The position numbers and the translations under genes are program-made. Below the pieces are notes generated by a model, which saw only the letters and a program-made list of their open reading frames with translations, was not told the origin of the DNA and did no database searches. A stretch of DNA of 64,000 bases from contig NMRA01000162.1 in NCBI GenBank assembly GCA_002633005.1, forward strand, positions 254,255 through 318,254. Reading direction: 5' to 3'. Positions 1-15,000 of this stretch are shown here, piece after piece. Every line of letters begins with the position of its first letter. The first letter of the stretch is position 1. The DNA is from Phoronis australis (lineage: Eukaryota > Animalia > Phoronida).

Positions 1-344
1 AATTCCAAAGCCCTTCTGAAGTCACGGTGTCGGGCCCTGAGTCGGGGGCCACTGCCAGCCGGTGTCCCGCGGCTACGAGAAGCGGCGGGCACTGATCGAG
101 CTTCGACTCCGTCCGCGGGATTTCATACACGCAACGTCTTGGTCACCGACTGCAAGTGCCGCAGAATGTCGGCGAGCCGCGACCGCAGAGTCAACATCCA
201 ATGAATGCCGAGTACGCGAGGGGCGAGTATTCAGCGTACGAGCTGAAACTTGGCTTTTCGTTTTTAGCCAGTCAACACTAAAAGCGGCTTCAAAGGCACA
301 TTCTCGGTGAAAAAATAATTTCATAGAAATGTGTGCATGCAGTC

Positions 345-1160
345 CGTGTAATGGAGCCAATAATAAGATAGCAGATTCTGTGGTGTTCTTAATAACATTA
401 AACATTATTTGCCTTTTGAAACTTTGAAAACTATATATAACAATCTTGTCCATCCTCATTTTAATTATGGCATTCTGCTATGGGCGTGTAAACATCATGG
501 CTAGAATATTCAAATTACAGGAAAAGGCTATTTGCGCTATTACCTCTAGTTATTTTAATGCCAACACAGATCCTTTATTAAGACTTCTCAGATACTCAAA
601 ATAAAGGACTTGTATGTTGTTGTTATTATCAATTTTTTCTACAAATATGTTCGTAATTACTTACCTTCATTTCAATTTAACACGTTCAATTTAATAACCC
701 GTGGGTCTGTTCATGAACATTACACTAGGCAACATCATCTTCTACAGACTGCTTGTTGTACTTCATCATTTGCTGAAGATTCAGTTTGCAATGCCCTACC
801 TCATATCATTAATAACCATCCTGAAAGTGTTTCTAAAAATTTTTACCCATTCGTTTTCCTCTGTCATAAATTATTTTTAGAACGTTTGTTTTGAAAGTTA
901 TGAACTTGAGTGCACTATTCCCAACAGCTTTGTGTGTAACTATTTTAGATAATCTCTCCTAGTCTTTTTACAAGTAGTTTTAAATTAGATGTACATTATC
1001 CTTTAATTTTGTTATTCTGATTATTTGTAACACTGTATTTTTTATTCTCTCATGGCTCCGTGGTAAGCGGACCATTTGGGTCTTTCACGAAGTCTCCATA
1101 AGCGTAAATTTGTATTAATTGTATTTTTTGTCTTACCGGAATAAAGTGTATTACTACTAC
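345..1160 (+). mobile_element. 5'-truncated, degenerate L2/CR1-group (Crack/Daphne-like) LINE: RT C-terminal region plus 3' tail
   Basis: Frameshifted translation ...LNNIKHYLPFETLKTIYNNLVHPHFNYGILLW...RIFKLQEKAICAITSSYFNANTDPL, typical of the post-RT region of L2/CR1-group ORF2. Ends with AATAAA (1140) and a short (TAC)n tail. Boundaries approximate. Confidence 0.7.
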
Positions 1161-2228
1161 TCAACTAATAGGTCCGGCCCGCAACAATGAGCAGCACCGG
1201 CGAACTACTCTGCCGCCCCTGTGCTTAGCTCCGGCCGACGACACAACCCGCGACCCTAAGCCGAGACCGCTCGCACCGGCTGTGACGGGCAAAAAACATG
1301 CAGTGTGAATTGGCCATTGGAAATAAAATACAATGCACAAGGAATTTTGTTGTTTTCATTATAGCTATGTCGGTGCGACAAGCTTACTTGAACTATTGAC
1401 TTCATGTTTGATACAATTGTATCTCTCTCCCGGCGGCCCGCAACCGCGCTGGCCCCAGCGTTTTGTTTGTCGTCAGTGCCGGCCAGTGAAAACACCAATG
1501 TCCCACTCATGTACCAAACTCAAAACATTAGCAAATTCCGAGTTGGTTGGGTTTAAAAAAGTTTTGTAACCGGGTTCAATAAATGTCGGTGCTTGGTACA
1601 CCGGAGAACGGGGCCGCAGGTGAGCGACTGATGTCCGCGGGTTCGCCTTTTGCTACCGGACAAAGGCAGCACTGGATCACTGATGAGGACGACTGATTGT
1701 AGGCCTACCGAAAGACCCATTAATATGGCACCAGGATAGCAAAAATGACGGAAGAAAAATTCTGATGCACCCATGCCCGACTTACTAAAAGATGCCCGGG
1801 CCGGCACAGTTCAAGTTAGACAAGAATCCATCGTTGACACCAAACCTGGGCAACTCAACGGGTTTGCCTACCTCAGGAATTGCCGGTTCGGATCAAAAAC
1901 TTCATGCTGTTGTGGTTAATTAAATTGCCTCAATTAAGCTGCTGATGTTATCGTTCTGATAGACCCGACACTGATCCGGCCTAGCTGGCGGCGATGAATT
2001 TTTTAAATTTCGTTTTGAAAGTTTTTAAATAGCATATTTGAAACATCCATGAAAAGTAGACGTTGTTTAGTTTTTGAATTTTTAAAATCGGACAGGAAAT
2101 GTGCGCGCTGTGCCTCATTAATTCTGTGGGGTGCACAACATATTGAGCCAATTACCAAACCAACAGGAAGCGTTGGATTTTGAGGTAGGCCAAGTGTCAT
2201 CGTAAAATTTTTGGCATGCCGTCACAAC

Positions 2229-2494
2229 CATGCGCGCACCCAACCTTCAATATGGGGGGGGGGTCAAATTCCTGACGTTGTGGACCTTTTGGTAACAAAA
2301 AAGCGGGCAGACGAATAAAAAANACAAAAAAAAAACGAGGGCACCACTGTGGATGGCGCGTGTGTGCTTAATTGTTTAATGGACTTTTTGTCTCATTTTC
2401 TCGGACATGTTGTCTCTCTGAGGCGGACCTTTTTGCTCACTTTGCCAAATTTTGGGGCCTCGTTCGAGCTCCCCTCCCCCTGGGTGCGCGCATG
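2229..2494. mobile_element. 266-bp MITE with 14-bp terminal inverted repeats
   Basis: CATGCGCGCACCCA at 2229 and its reverse complement TGGGTGCGCGCATG at 2481-2494, subterminal G/C tracts, AC on both flanks (possible 2-bp TSD). Confidence 0.6.
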
Positions 2495-3030
2495 ACGTCG
2501 GGCGTTCTTCGGGCCCATGCAGGAACTCGCCGGATCAACCCGGCCGGGAATACACTGGCATATCTCTAGTAATTTTTAGATTGTTGAGAAAATTAGGAAA
2601 AATAATCATGTTAAAGTATTTTTCAAGAAAAAAAGAAACTAGTCTAAGCGCACACAAGGCAGATGAGAGTATTTTTATCCCAATGATGCTTCGGGCTTCG
2701 GACTGAGCTCACCTGCGTCGACTCGTCGGGAGCACAGTGCCCGAGCACGGGTTGTGCGCAGCATTACTCGTCTCGATCTGCAAGACACCTTTGATGAATT
2801 GGGCAGTTTATTGCGAAGATCATTAATGCGCATTAAGAGTACGCAACTGCAAATAAATACAATTCTGCATTCGTCTCGTCTGGGTGACCAAGACAGCCCA
2901 TCAACAAGCCGGATGCAGCTGGGAACAGACCCATGCCTAACGGGTTCTTCGAATTTCCAAGTTGACCTGACCTCGTTAATTATTCATGAGGCACGAAAGA
3001 GAGGCTGGAGTTTGATGAAGGAAGGACAAC

Positions 3031-3079
3031 ATGTCGGATCGGGAGAGTGGTGATGAACAGCAGGCTGGTGCAAGGAAAG
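3031..3079 (+). CDS. PURA: Pur-alpha coding exon 1 ([16 protein letters not shown])
   Basis: Resembles the PURA N-terminus MADRDSGSEQ; donor AAG|GTATTT; phase 1 fits the next exon. Confidence 0.8.
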
Positions 3080-6000
3080 GTATTTGTTAATATGACAGCA
3101 TTTAAGTTTTTATGGCAGTCAACGAGTATTGAATGCTGTATTTAACTACTGAATGGCCTGTTAGCAAAATAATTGTTTGTTGAGCCTTGCACAAAGATGC
3201 GCAAGTCGGCTTTAGAGAGGTCAGCAATGACAGGATTCTTGAGATGGGCGTTTGTTTTGTACCTGGACAATTCTGACACAAATGAATGACTACAATCTCT
3301 CCCACGTCATTTAACAGTCTCACGTATAAAAGTTTATGGAAATTATGCATTCGTTCGGTCAAGTTTTGTGTGTGACATGCAGTTTTATATTTTTTCGGTC
3401 GTTGCAAACGAAGTCGCACTGGTCAGCTGAGAATTAAATACTCAATACGTCGAAAATGGCTATCGGTTTTGATAATTTTCGCCAGTTTGCAAGAGTTTGT
3501 TATCCATGTTGCAGTCTCGGATAGTTACTTTGTTTCCAACTACACGGAAATTGAAAGTAGAAATCTAAAATGAAAGTTGTTGACTTTTTATTTTAGCACG
3601 AGATTGCAGACAGCACCAGTCACCAATTGATACAATTGTTTTACATTTGGTCTGAAATGTAGCTTTTAAAGTAGCCGTGCTTGTCTGTTCAAGCAATTTT
3701 GGGTCTTTCTGTCAATGACAATTTCATTAAACTGTGGGGATTCCCCCAAATAGAGAAAGCTATATTTTTGAGCTGCAAACTCTAGAACAACTGACAGAGG
3801 TCCAGGCCAGCCTAGACAGCGAGTGACCACCGTCTCTAGCTGACTAGGGATAGTGTAGACCCTACAGGAGCTACTAGGGATAGTGTAGTTCCTACAGGAG
3901 CTTCATCCGCAGGAAGCATTTCAGCGAATTATGCCGCACACTGACTAAAACATCAGAGTCACGTTGTTATAAATACCTTTTGCGCATAGAGGAACACATA
4001 AGGAGGCCGGCGATGTATTTAATTCCTTCCAACTCGATGAACTCTCATTATCAAACTTTTTCTTCAAGCAGTCCCTCATTCACTTCCCAAAATCGGTAAG
4101 TGGCCATTTTTACACATCACACTCCAGGGTATATGGCGTCATACCACCTGCTGCGTGTACAGTGTTAAAAATGGCGAGATTTCAATTTTGGGAACTGAAC
4201 GGTGGACTGCTCGGAGAAAAAGTTTGATAACGGATTATTTGTTTTGAGTTGGAAGGAATTAAATACATCGACTTTCTCTTAAGGTGTTCCTCTATGCGCA
4301 AAAGGTATTTATAACAACATGATGTTTTAGTCAGTGTGAGGTATAATTCGCCAAAAAACGTCCAGCGTATGGAGCTCCTATGGGAGCTACACTGTCTCCA
4401 GTTATAGCTAGAGACAGTGGTCACTGTCTAGCTCTATGCCTACATGAAGACTAGCAACTAGTGTGTAAAGTTTATATAGACCTCAAAATTTCACAAAATC
4501 TAATTCTGCTTGTCACCACATCTGAAAATTTATGTCAATATGTCAAACTCACCACCCTGGAGAGCAGACGGGCTACATGCACTTTGGGAGTCAATGGACA
4601 CATTCTTGCCCGGTCCGTTGCTGTGAAGTGAAAAACAATCTAATGAACATTATTTTTGCCTCATTCTCCATCTTCTGTTCTAAAGAAAAGTCTACCATGG
4701 ACTTGAGATTTCGGTTGTGACACCAGCGTGCAGGTGCCATTTGCTAAATTTTTGGCGATATTTTCTGGGAGACGACGACAACCTCATGGAAGCAAACTTT
4801 GCTGAGAAGTTTGGTTTGCTCAGTTGTAGTAAAATACTAAAAACTTACAACGAAGTGAAGCCAATTCTTGAAATTTATTGTAAACTGTATGCAGCCTTGT
4901 GGAAAAGAACAGTTGTTTGCAGAATAGGCAAAAAAGAAATTGGCCAATTGGTGATGCTAATTATTTTATGGCACTCAAAGCTGCTGCATGTTTTTGCTCG
5001 AGCTACAAATTTAGCAGCAGAATAACAGTAAAACTATAATTTTGTTTAGCACTTGTAACCTATTTCCTTTACTTAAGGAAATGCAGTTTTAAAATAACAA
5101 TAATTTGGGTAATGGTCTGATATAACGTGCCCGAATTTTGAGAACCAGTTTACTCCACATCAAACTGGTTCTAAAAGTATGAGCACATTATATCAGACTC
5201 TTACCTTAATTTGTGTTACCCACATCATTTCACAACTGTTTTCCATACAGTTTCGTCGATCTAAAGGCTCCATGATTGATGTTTTGAAGTTACCATTGTT
5301 ATGGTTCTTGGAGGTGGGGCTCCTTTTGTTTTTTTGAAATGGTTGGTGTTCTTTTTAAACGTAAGAGGAGTGGAAACTGGATGGAAGTTAGTTGAATTCT
5401 TCAATGGGATGATACACTAGTGCAATCTTGCGACCTCAGCGTGACTTCATTTAAACCAGTTGCCACGTGTCAATCAAAGTAGTTATCGACCAATCGGAGG
5501 GAGGAGTGTGCTCACTGGATGGAAACAAATGCCTGCCAATGCAGTGCTCCATGCTTAGCTTGACCAAAGCGTCAAATGCTTCCTGGTGAAAATCGCAGGT
5601 CACCTAATGAAAACAGATCGGCTGACACATTGACGTCACCATACCAGTTCCATTTCTTCAGTAAATATTCATCTTTCACTAAGTATTGCGGTATACATGT
5701 ACCCTTACGTGACACATTGCTGTGTCAGACTATACAAGGCTGCGGTTTTTCCGATGATTCAACAGGGGTCCCGGTGCCAACTCTCCGATTTTTTTAAAAA
5801 TGTTGGCTTCAGTTGTTCATAATGCATTCAGGTATATTTCTGAACTCAGTTATCTACATTTTCCTGTTTCTTACATGCTGACTGATCCGATACTCAAAGG
5901 GTCACTCGTTAAAAGCTGTTTTTGTGAATGCTCATAAGAGACTGTTCTAGTGTTTTGCCAGGGTTAACGCATATCTTTTGGGTGATCGACCATTTAACCT

Positions 6001-9000
6001 ATTGCTAGGACTTTGAGTGACGGCTTAAGTGACCAATCAGAACTTGGCATTCTTGAAACACCATCGTTTCCAAGCCGCCATTTTACCCGACAAAACACGG
6101 TGCCGGGTAAAACTTATTGTTTGTTTGTCGACATTTCTCAACGGGGCGGAACTTGCAGTAGGTCAATTGTAGGTTAGATGGCTGAAACTTCCTTTTTTGT
6201 ACATTAAGCGATGGATCTGCAGGCTCCTGCTTCTTCAGCTGCATAAAACTGCTTACAGAATGGCCACCTTTGGGAATTCGCAAAGGCATTTACTTTCATG
6301 AAATCTTTCTCATAATATTTGATTCTTACCGTGATGGGATTCTACGTCTGTTACCAACTCAGACAATGCACATATATGCTATTTTCAAATTTTGGGGTTG
6401 ACCAACTTCAATGAACTGAATCATTTTGTTGAGTTGCTGATGGTGTTGATGTTTTTTATAAATTAAATACTGTTGTATGGTAAACAATACAGATTTGTTT
6501 TTGTAGCCAGTTAAAACAGGAGCTGCTTTAAAAGATGCTAATGGATAATGTGTAAATTAACTTGGGGATGAGGGCTGTTCTTTGCAAAAAATTCCTCGCT
6601 GAATCTTATTTCATTTGTCTGTCGGGTTGCCGCAACTATCGGCCATTCCGAAATTGACCTATCACAAGCTCCAGCCCCTTGTGAAAAGTCAACAAAAAAC
6701 AAGTTTTACCCAACAACGTGTTGTTTGTTGGGTAAAATGGTGACTTGGAAACGTAGGTGTGTCAAGAATGCTGCGTTCTGATTAGTCAGTTAAGCCATCA
6801 CTCTAAATCCATGGTGATAGGTCAGTTGTCAGTAATGCACTGCTTAGCTTGAGTCAGTCGGTGCATGTATCGACTGGTCTTGGTGCTATGGCTTAGTATT
6901 AGGCATTGCATTGCAACTAACTGGAAGGTGATGAAGTCCAATGTTGTTGGTACTGAGGGGCACAAACATCGCACGACATGCATGGCTCACTGCCCTCTAG
7001 ATCTAATAACCAGAAAAACTTGTTTTTACATTATCCTTATGTGTACCTTCTGGGTTTGGATAGGTGAAACTTGTTTTGTTTAAGAATACCCAGTCATCCT
7101 TTGAATTCCTAAATCTCCTTGTTTTCTGCTGATCTACATCTGTTCAAAACATTTCATTTGAAAGCGTGCAGTTTGCATTTCTTTGGGAACCTGCGTACGA
7201 CTTCTCGACCAAATTTCTTCTTATAGTCAATTTAGTTTAAACATTTGGAGTCAACAAGGAAGGTATAGGTCAGGCGTAATTGTGAAAATTTTTTCCCAAC
7301 TTGGAGGTTTGTGATCGGCTGAAATGCAGTTAATGTTAAAGGCATTTTTTTATGGTCAAAAATTAAATTTTGGGGTTGTTATTTTATTGTTATTAGCTTA
7401 AACAAAAGGTATAAAACAACAAAATCTATTTTTGTGATTTCATTACAATTCGCCAATTTTTGCTAATTACTACCACACATTTGTTGAAATTAAAATCAGT
7501 GACTTTACCCCTTAAATATGTTAAAAACTATTGGTTGTGTGAGATTTAGTGAGTGTTAACATGCGACATGAGAGTTTCAGGTTCGATTTCACACTGGGAC
7601 TGATCTCAGAAAAAAATTTCTCAACAACAACGTCAGTTTTAGACAAATCACCAGTTTGAGGGTAGCAGACAGAAACTCAGTGGGGTGGTGGGTACTCCCT
7701 TAGATGAGATAAATGGGGCTTGCCATTCGTAAATTTTTCACAACCATTTTGCTTAGAGATGGGTACCTTTTCCGACCAAGTCCTTATGTAAGGGTGCTTT
7801 CTCTAACTAAATACCACACTAAAGGCTCTCTTTGGGCCTTCAAAGTCTATAAAAGGTTACTTTTTGCAACAAGACCTCTACAGAATGGTTTTTAATATTA
7901 CCTATATTAATATTTTGGTAGTTTTTGGCAAATGAATACAGCGTCTCGTTTTGAGTCATTTCAGGCTTTAAGGGACTTTCTGGTTTTTATAACTGGAAAA
8001 TGAATGCATTTTTGGGATTGCTGTTGGACAAAAATGACTTTGAAGTTATATGCTTTTTGTAATTTTATTACAACTTGCCAATATGCTTTGAATACTCTGT
8101 CATTCATCCAGTGGGATAACTTCAGAAGGTGAGTATTTGACTGCAACCACAAACGTAAGTCTAAATCTATGCTGGAGCTGATCTCAGACAACCATTTTTT
8201 CTCTGATAATGTCAATTTAAGTACTTAAATATATCCGAATCCCTAAATAGGTTAGGCTTATGGAATAATTCCTACCGTTTCTAAAACAAAATCCAACAAA
8301 AGTGTGAATTTTTCTCAGAAGCAGCTTATAACTGGATCCCTTTTTGGAGTCTACTTTCTAAATGAGTGGGAGTGCTAGTTTGCGCCTGTACTTCCTGTCA
8401 AAAATTCAGTCTAGTACCCCCACCCAATGAAATCTCACAAATGTATTATCCTGCTGGAAAGTTTGTTCACTGAAAGACATTTGCTTGCATACTATGGTAA
8501 AAGTTTCCAGTTTGGACAGCATCCAAAATTTGGGAGCGCAAAATTCAAACCAAATTGAATTACTAGATTCTGAAGACTGGGACACGGACAAGTTTGATGT
8601 TCATCATATTTCTCAAATATCAGCCTCAAATAATAGAATCCAAAATTAGGTTATCGGTAGTTCATCAAATTGTAGAAAATAGTCGCATTTTTTCGTGTGC
8701 CCCCATAATTTGTTACTTCGAGATGTATTGTCACTTCTCCTTAATCACTTATCATAATTCCAGATTTTGGGAATTTCTATTGCCTATTTATAAAATTTGG
8801 TTCCAATTTCAGTCATTTGCAAAGTAATTAACACTGTAATGGCGCTCTAACTATGGCTATTTTGTTTTTATTGAACTGAAGCTAAATATCTTGTTCATTT
8901 TGAACTGTGAAGCTGTTCATTTTGAACCAAAATATCTTGTTCATTTTGAACTTTACAGACTCCGAGCTGATTGTGTTGCTTCATACTTTGTTCCTTTTGA

Positions 9001-12000
9001 ACCTTTTTCATTTTGAGCTGTGGAGCTTAATTTTTTCATCATTTTAAGAAATTGAATTCTTGTCTTCTTAACACTTGCTCTTTAGATTAAAATACCCATA
9101 CCCATGCGATTAGCATACCACCGCCACATTTTAATCGCTGGACAATGGCCAGAAAACACTTGCTGTTACCCAAGTACAGCTGATTTCCCTGTCAATTATT
9201 GAAGGTCAATTTTGTGTATAGAATTCCCATGTGTTAGGTGTATGCCCACCCCCTTTAACTCCAGTACAAGGGAAACCTAACTGAATGTCAATAAACCTGT
9301 TTTAAATCCCTGTTTTATAACAGACTGCTTTCTCCACACATCTACTTAACTGACCCATATATCTGAGGCTTAATGTGGGGTGAAATTACCAGTCTTCAGG
9401 TATTTATTTTATAAATGATCCCTGACTATCCCCTATGATTTTTACAGAAATTTAGTTCGTTGCTTTCCCCAGTCGTTTGAAATAATGAGAGCACTTGTAT
9501 AGCCAAATGTTGGCATTTTACCAGTGTGAGCTCTTTAATGTTACGTAAATAACTTAGCCTGATCAAAACCCGAAACCTGTGTTTTTTGCACTCCCCACCA
9601 CTACCTCCGATTTCTTGCATTAAACAAAATAATAAAGAATGCCTTTTGTCAGGGGTTTTTTGTGAGGCTCAGCATGACACACAAGGTCTTCAGTGTCTTT
9701 CCCTTGGGCTGTGCTGCACCTTAACACTAAACAAGTTAAGTAGATTTCTCAAATATAGTTTTTGGCTGTTGTTCAATTGTTCAGCTGGCTGGAATTTTGT
9801 GAACTCCCAGTTGAATCAATGGAAGCCAAAATGAACAATGCGTATTGGCTGTACCCTTTCAAAAATGTGAAATGTAAAAGGTATTAAAGAAGAGTCTTTG
9901 TAATGAGGCAAACTTAAAATTGTTTGCAGGTTTCAGAAACCTATAGAGATAGTCATATTGCATGTCTCTCTGTCTAACTTGGCTTCCCCTGTTGTTTGGG
10001 TTTGAGGCTAAGTTCTCAGGTGGACCAGTCCAGTGGCTATATGGCTAACTATCACAGGTCTGCACTAAACTGTTTTTTTTGCCTGGAATAAGTAGAAATG
10101 CAGGAATCCCTGGTTATCTCGTAGACATTTTCCATGTTCATTACCGTACGCTTGTTGAGCGTGTGCTATCTGGAACAATAGGCAGGAGAGGTAAACGGTC
10201 CTAGAAAAGGCCAACAGATCTTAATTCTGCAGTCACTTCCATTGAGCAAACACGAATGACCTGCTCAGAATGTGTTCAGTAGTGAGGAGGGCATTATGTT
10301 TCATCAATACAAATGAATGGAGTACCAAGATGCAACTGTTTTGTAGGACCATTTGCATCAGTCGAGGTGTTCTTCCAGGGGATCAGTAATTCGTACAAAA
10401 ATGTACTTCTCAAATAACCGTGGATATGTATTTTCGTGACATCAGGAACGGTCGAGCACTTTTTCTTTCACAATAATTAGGTGTTTTAATTGGAAGAGTA
10501 ACTGACATTGAATTATTTCTAGAGTCACTGCTATGGTGAATTTCACATTTTAGGAAAAAAACATCCCAAATGTCGGCTACTACTTTTCATCCGTCTATTC
10601 TTGATTGACAGTGTGGGAGTTGTTTTGCTCTCACATGTCTTTCATGTGTGGATCCTGGATTATGGAGAGGTCTGTTATTGGGTAAACTTCAGGGGGTAAA
10701 TTCCTCCATTGTAGGAAAAAAAAACGCAGCAAAATGGCTATCGCTGTTGTGGTTCAGACGTGCTGTGCCCCCTTTGGGTCTATGCGTGCTCTGAGCTGGT
10801 GTGGCAGACCTATGCCCTACTGGCAGTTCAATAATAATGCATACCTAATCCTGCTGTGTTGATTGACAGGGTCCAGCGATGTACAAGAACTGGAGAGCAT
10901 CCAACTACAGGTACAGTCCAAGAGGTTCTACCTGGATGTGAAACAAAACCGGCTTGGCAGGTTCATCAAGATAGCAGAGGTATGGTAACTGCAGATTTGT
11001 TGGCACATTTAGTTAAAGCCGTTCAGTTTGCCCATATTTATCATTAAAACTTCTTGTTGCTTTGTCTTCATGAGGCGAAAGAAGTCAGCCACTTAGGCTC
11101 ACATTTAGTCCGGTCAGTGAGTTTTTGATTTACAAAGCATGCCAAATGTTGGACCTTTTCATTATTCAACTTTATCATAACGGTATTTTGCTCATTCAAG
11201 TCCCTCTCACAAGTTCTACTTTGTTGCGCTTATTAAATGTTTTGTTGTATGCACCCTCTTCCTCCCGTTGTACCGTCCAGTTTTTCCAGTTTTGTTCGCT
11301 CTTCTTATATGACAACTTTCCATTGCATTTCAGCTCGTAACGTGTGTAGTTCACTTTCCTGTGCCTAGCAACTCAGTTTGCATTCCAACGATATTTTACT
11401 TGACTTGTGCACTTGAAGTAGCTTTAAATTTATTTAATACAACTCCCTCTGCATTAATCTGAATTTTAACAAAAACTACGAGACTTAGTTTTTTTGACAC
11501 ATGCTTTATTAAATGACCACGTCCCTGTTTTTTTTGACTTTTTCATTTTAAGAAACTGTGTGAGTATTTACCTCTAACTGATGACTGAATGAAGGACTGG
11601 AAAGGGGTCAGTGCTCTACACGACCTGTTTTGACTTGTCGCGGTAATGGGTTTGGATTTTGCTGTGCTGAGTTTGGAGCACGTTTCATATAGAGTTTGAA
11701 AAATCTGCAGCTTAAAGCAAATTAGTACCTTTTGAATGTTTGGGACAAGTTAAGGGTATAGATTTGTAAGCTTTAGATTCAAATCCCCCACAGTGTGAAC
11801 ATGGATTTTTGAACATGTCGCAATTCCTGTTGAGTGAAGGACAAATCAGCGGACACAAATGCTCTTCACTGAGACATTCAGTTTATGGTATTTTGCATGT
11901 GCTTCCCAGTGAATTTTGAGATGTTCATTGGAGAACAGCTGACTTGGCTTAATTGTATTGACAGTCTTATTTTAATTCTGCAAATAACAGTGCTCAAAAT

Positions 12001-15000
12001 ATTCATTCTTTTGTTTGATGAACTGGCGTCGACCACAAATGATGCAGATTTTTTCTTGAGAAATCTGCCAAAATGAAATTTTGCATTAATTTCCACCTTG
12101 CTGTGCTTAAATCTTCACCTATGTCTTGGGGCTGCTGCTCACATTTGTTTTTCTTTTCAGATGGGAGCGGGGGGAAGAAAGAGTCGCTTACTCCTGGCCA
12201 TGTCCACTGCCGCCGAGTTCCGAGATCATTTAGACGACTTTAGTGACTTCTACTCTTCGTTAGGTATGTACTACTAGCTCTTTGCAAGACTTTTGCCTCA
12301 ATATGACCAATCACATGTAACCAGCAAGACTTATTGCCACAATACGACCAATCACATGTAACCAGCAAGACTTATTGCCACAATATGGCCAATCACATGT
12401 AACCAGCAAGACTTATTGCCACAATATGACCAATTACATGTAACCAGCAAGATTTATAGCCACAATATGACCAATCACATGTAACCAGCAAGACTTAAAG
12501 CCACAATATGACCAATCACATGTAACCAGCAAGATTTATTGCCACAATATGACCAATCACATGTAACCAGCAAGATTTATAGCCACAATATGACCAATCA
12601 CATGTAACTGTGTTATGTGAGTGTCAATTTTAGTGTGAAAGCAGTTGGACGTTCAAAGTTATAGACTTTCTGGGAGTATATAAATAGAAATCTGAAAATT
12701 TTAAGCGGAGTATTCTATCTTTGTGTGTTATGTGGGGGTGTCTGTCTTTCATTTTTATTCCCCGCATATATATGTCCGGCATGTGTCTGACTGTTTGGCA
12801 CTGTTGCTCTTAAACCTGTTGAAGGATGATAGTGAAATATGGCAGCCGTGTTCTTCCTTACTAGTAGGAGAGAATGGCTGGCATCGATTTTCTGAGAAGT
12901 CCGATAAGTAGTGTGGCTCTTGATTGCAGTATAGTTGTGTCTTTGGTGGATCTTGTTGGCTGACATGTTCTAATAAGGATATGATGACCCTTTTTTCTTG
13001 CACCTCAGTATTGTTGACATATAATACGTAAAAACGACTACGGGTAATCGTGACATTCCACACGCGATTACTAAATGAAAAGTCTGATTTAGTCTTTGCT
13101 GTGGTGGTACAATAGTTTTTCCGTTTTCGTAAAGCTTGTGATGAATCGTAATTCCTGTTTTGGGGAGTTAAGCACAGCGTGTTGTTAACTGCAGACTTTC
13201 ATATCTTTGTTGCTGGTTTTATCACATGGTTTCCCTGCAGCTAGTTATCTGCCCTAACAGGGGCAGATAAACCTGCTTGCCATTTGTTCTACTTGAGGAA
13301 TCTCTAAAAGATAATGCAGCCACATTGGTTTAGTATATTCTCACACAAATTTCCCAACATTTGTTTGGATGTGGCAGATTGATAGAAATGTGTAAATGTT
13401 TCTTACCTCCAGTGACTTAACTCTGACTATCTGCGTGGTCATTGAGCATGGAGGAAGAGTATTTTTTGGTTTTCTGCTAGCCATTGAGGAAATGAAGGTA
13501 TGGAATCCTGTCTTGGGGTCAAACACTTTTCTCAGGTGACACTGAGTATAAGGTCAAAAGTATTCAGACAAAAATGACCCATAATTCCTCTTCATGTCGG
13601 CTGATGGACGGTTGGCAGTAAGAGTCACCTGGTGGCTGACTTTGTCAGTGCGTAGTGCAGTCGGTTGCCAGGCGGCTGAAAATTGGCGGATCTGTCGTCG
13701 ACTCCTAACCGACCAGTTGGACAAAAAGTTTGTGCTGTGTGCTGTAAATACAATTCACGACATGTACAGTACAAGCCAAAGTACAAAATGACCCGGAATT
13801 CCTCGTCATAATGGCTGGACTGAGGCCAAATTCTATATCAGAGTGGTTTTCTCTCGTGACCCAGAATGAGGGGGAATTAACAGTTAGTAAGGTGGCTATC
13901 AAGCCAATCTGTAATATAAATTTGCCCCACGTTAATTTTGCCAGTCAATTTTGCCGTTAGCTGAATTACATAAACGCCATGACTGAGAAACGGTACTTTG
14001 TGTAGTGATTACTTTTTTGTTTTTTGCTGTAAATGATGAGTGTTGTTGAAGAATCTACATTGGATTACACTTACACGATTCTCTTGCGGAGAAGGAGGAA
14101 CATGAGGAACATGTTGGTAGGCTAGGTATTGCGTGGTGTCGTTGCCCAAAGCGCTATTTAAGAGCGTGGGAATTTTATCAGGTTCACTAGTATTGTCTGT
14201 TTGACTGTACAGGCCCTCCAAACCCAGAGACTTCGCCTGAAGACGGCAAGCTAAGGAGTGCAACGATGGTGAAGGACAACAAGCGCTACTACCTGGATCT
14301 GAAAGAGAATCAGCGTGGACGATTCTTGAAGGTACGAGAGGTTGAGTATCTGTCCATTCCTTTTTTTTCTTCATAGTTGGTTGTATAATTGTAAAGACTT
14401 GAGTCTTTTTCCTAGGCACTCGCGTGTTACTTGTATAGTTTTCTGGTCGTATAGTAGTTGTCAAGACTGAACACTAGGAGGTTATATTTGTTTGTCCTAT
14501 CATTATACTTCATTGTGCATTTAAGTCTACTTTTTTGGCATTTTCCCTGACGTTCATGCATGTCTCACATTTTAGTTTGGTGAATACGAAAAGGGAGTGT
14601 AATTTTCAATAACATTGGTTGCAATTCACTCTTCAGTCATCCTCATTCATTATCTACTGAATGGATTAGTTTTCAAAACTTGGGACAACTTGTAGCTGCT
14701 ACTGGACTTAATTCTTTCTCTTGTCTGGCTACTTATGGCAGGTATCACAGACACAACCACGTGGCCCACCACGAAGTCAGATCGCTATCCCCGCCCAGGG
14801 CATGGTCGAGTTCCGCGATAACCTAACTAAACTATTGGCCAAGTACGGGACGGATGACATGGGCAAGTAGAGATTTTGGATTTAAAAGATCACATTTCCT
14901 CCATCTACAGCACAGAGCTCTACTGGTCATTGTTGGTATTCCAAACATTGTGGCGAACGAGCGGAGTAAAAACTAGGGCCTCTTTTCATCACTACATGGG

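Noticed and set aside
1165-1995. GC-rich segment with many CCGG palindromes as an ncRNA or defined transposon
   Set aside because: Looks repeat-derived, but I could not define termini, a TSD or a fold.
14009-14464. 151-aa minus-strand ORF and similar shadow ORFs
   Set aside because: Antisense to, or overlapping, real exons or repeats, with no independent coding signal.
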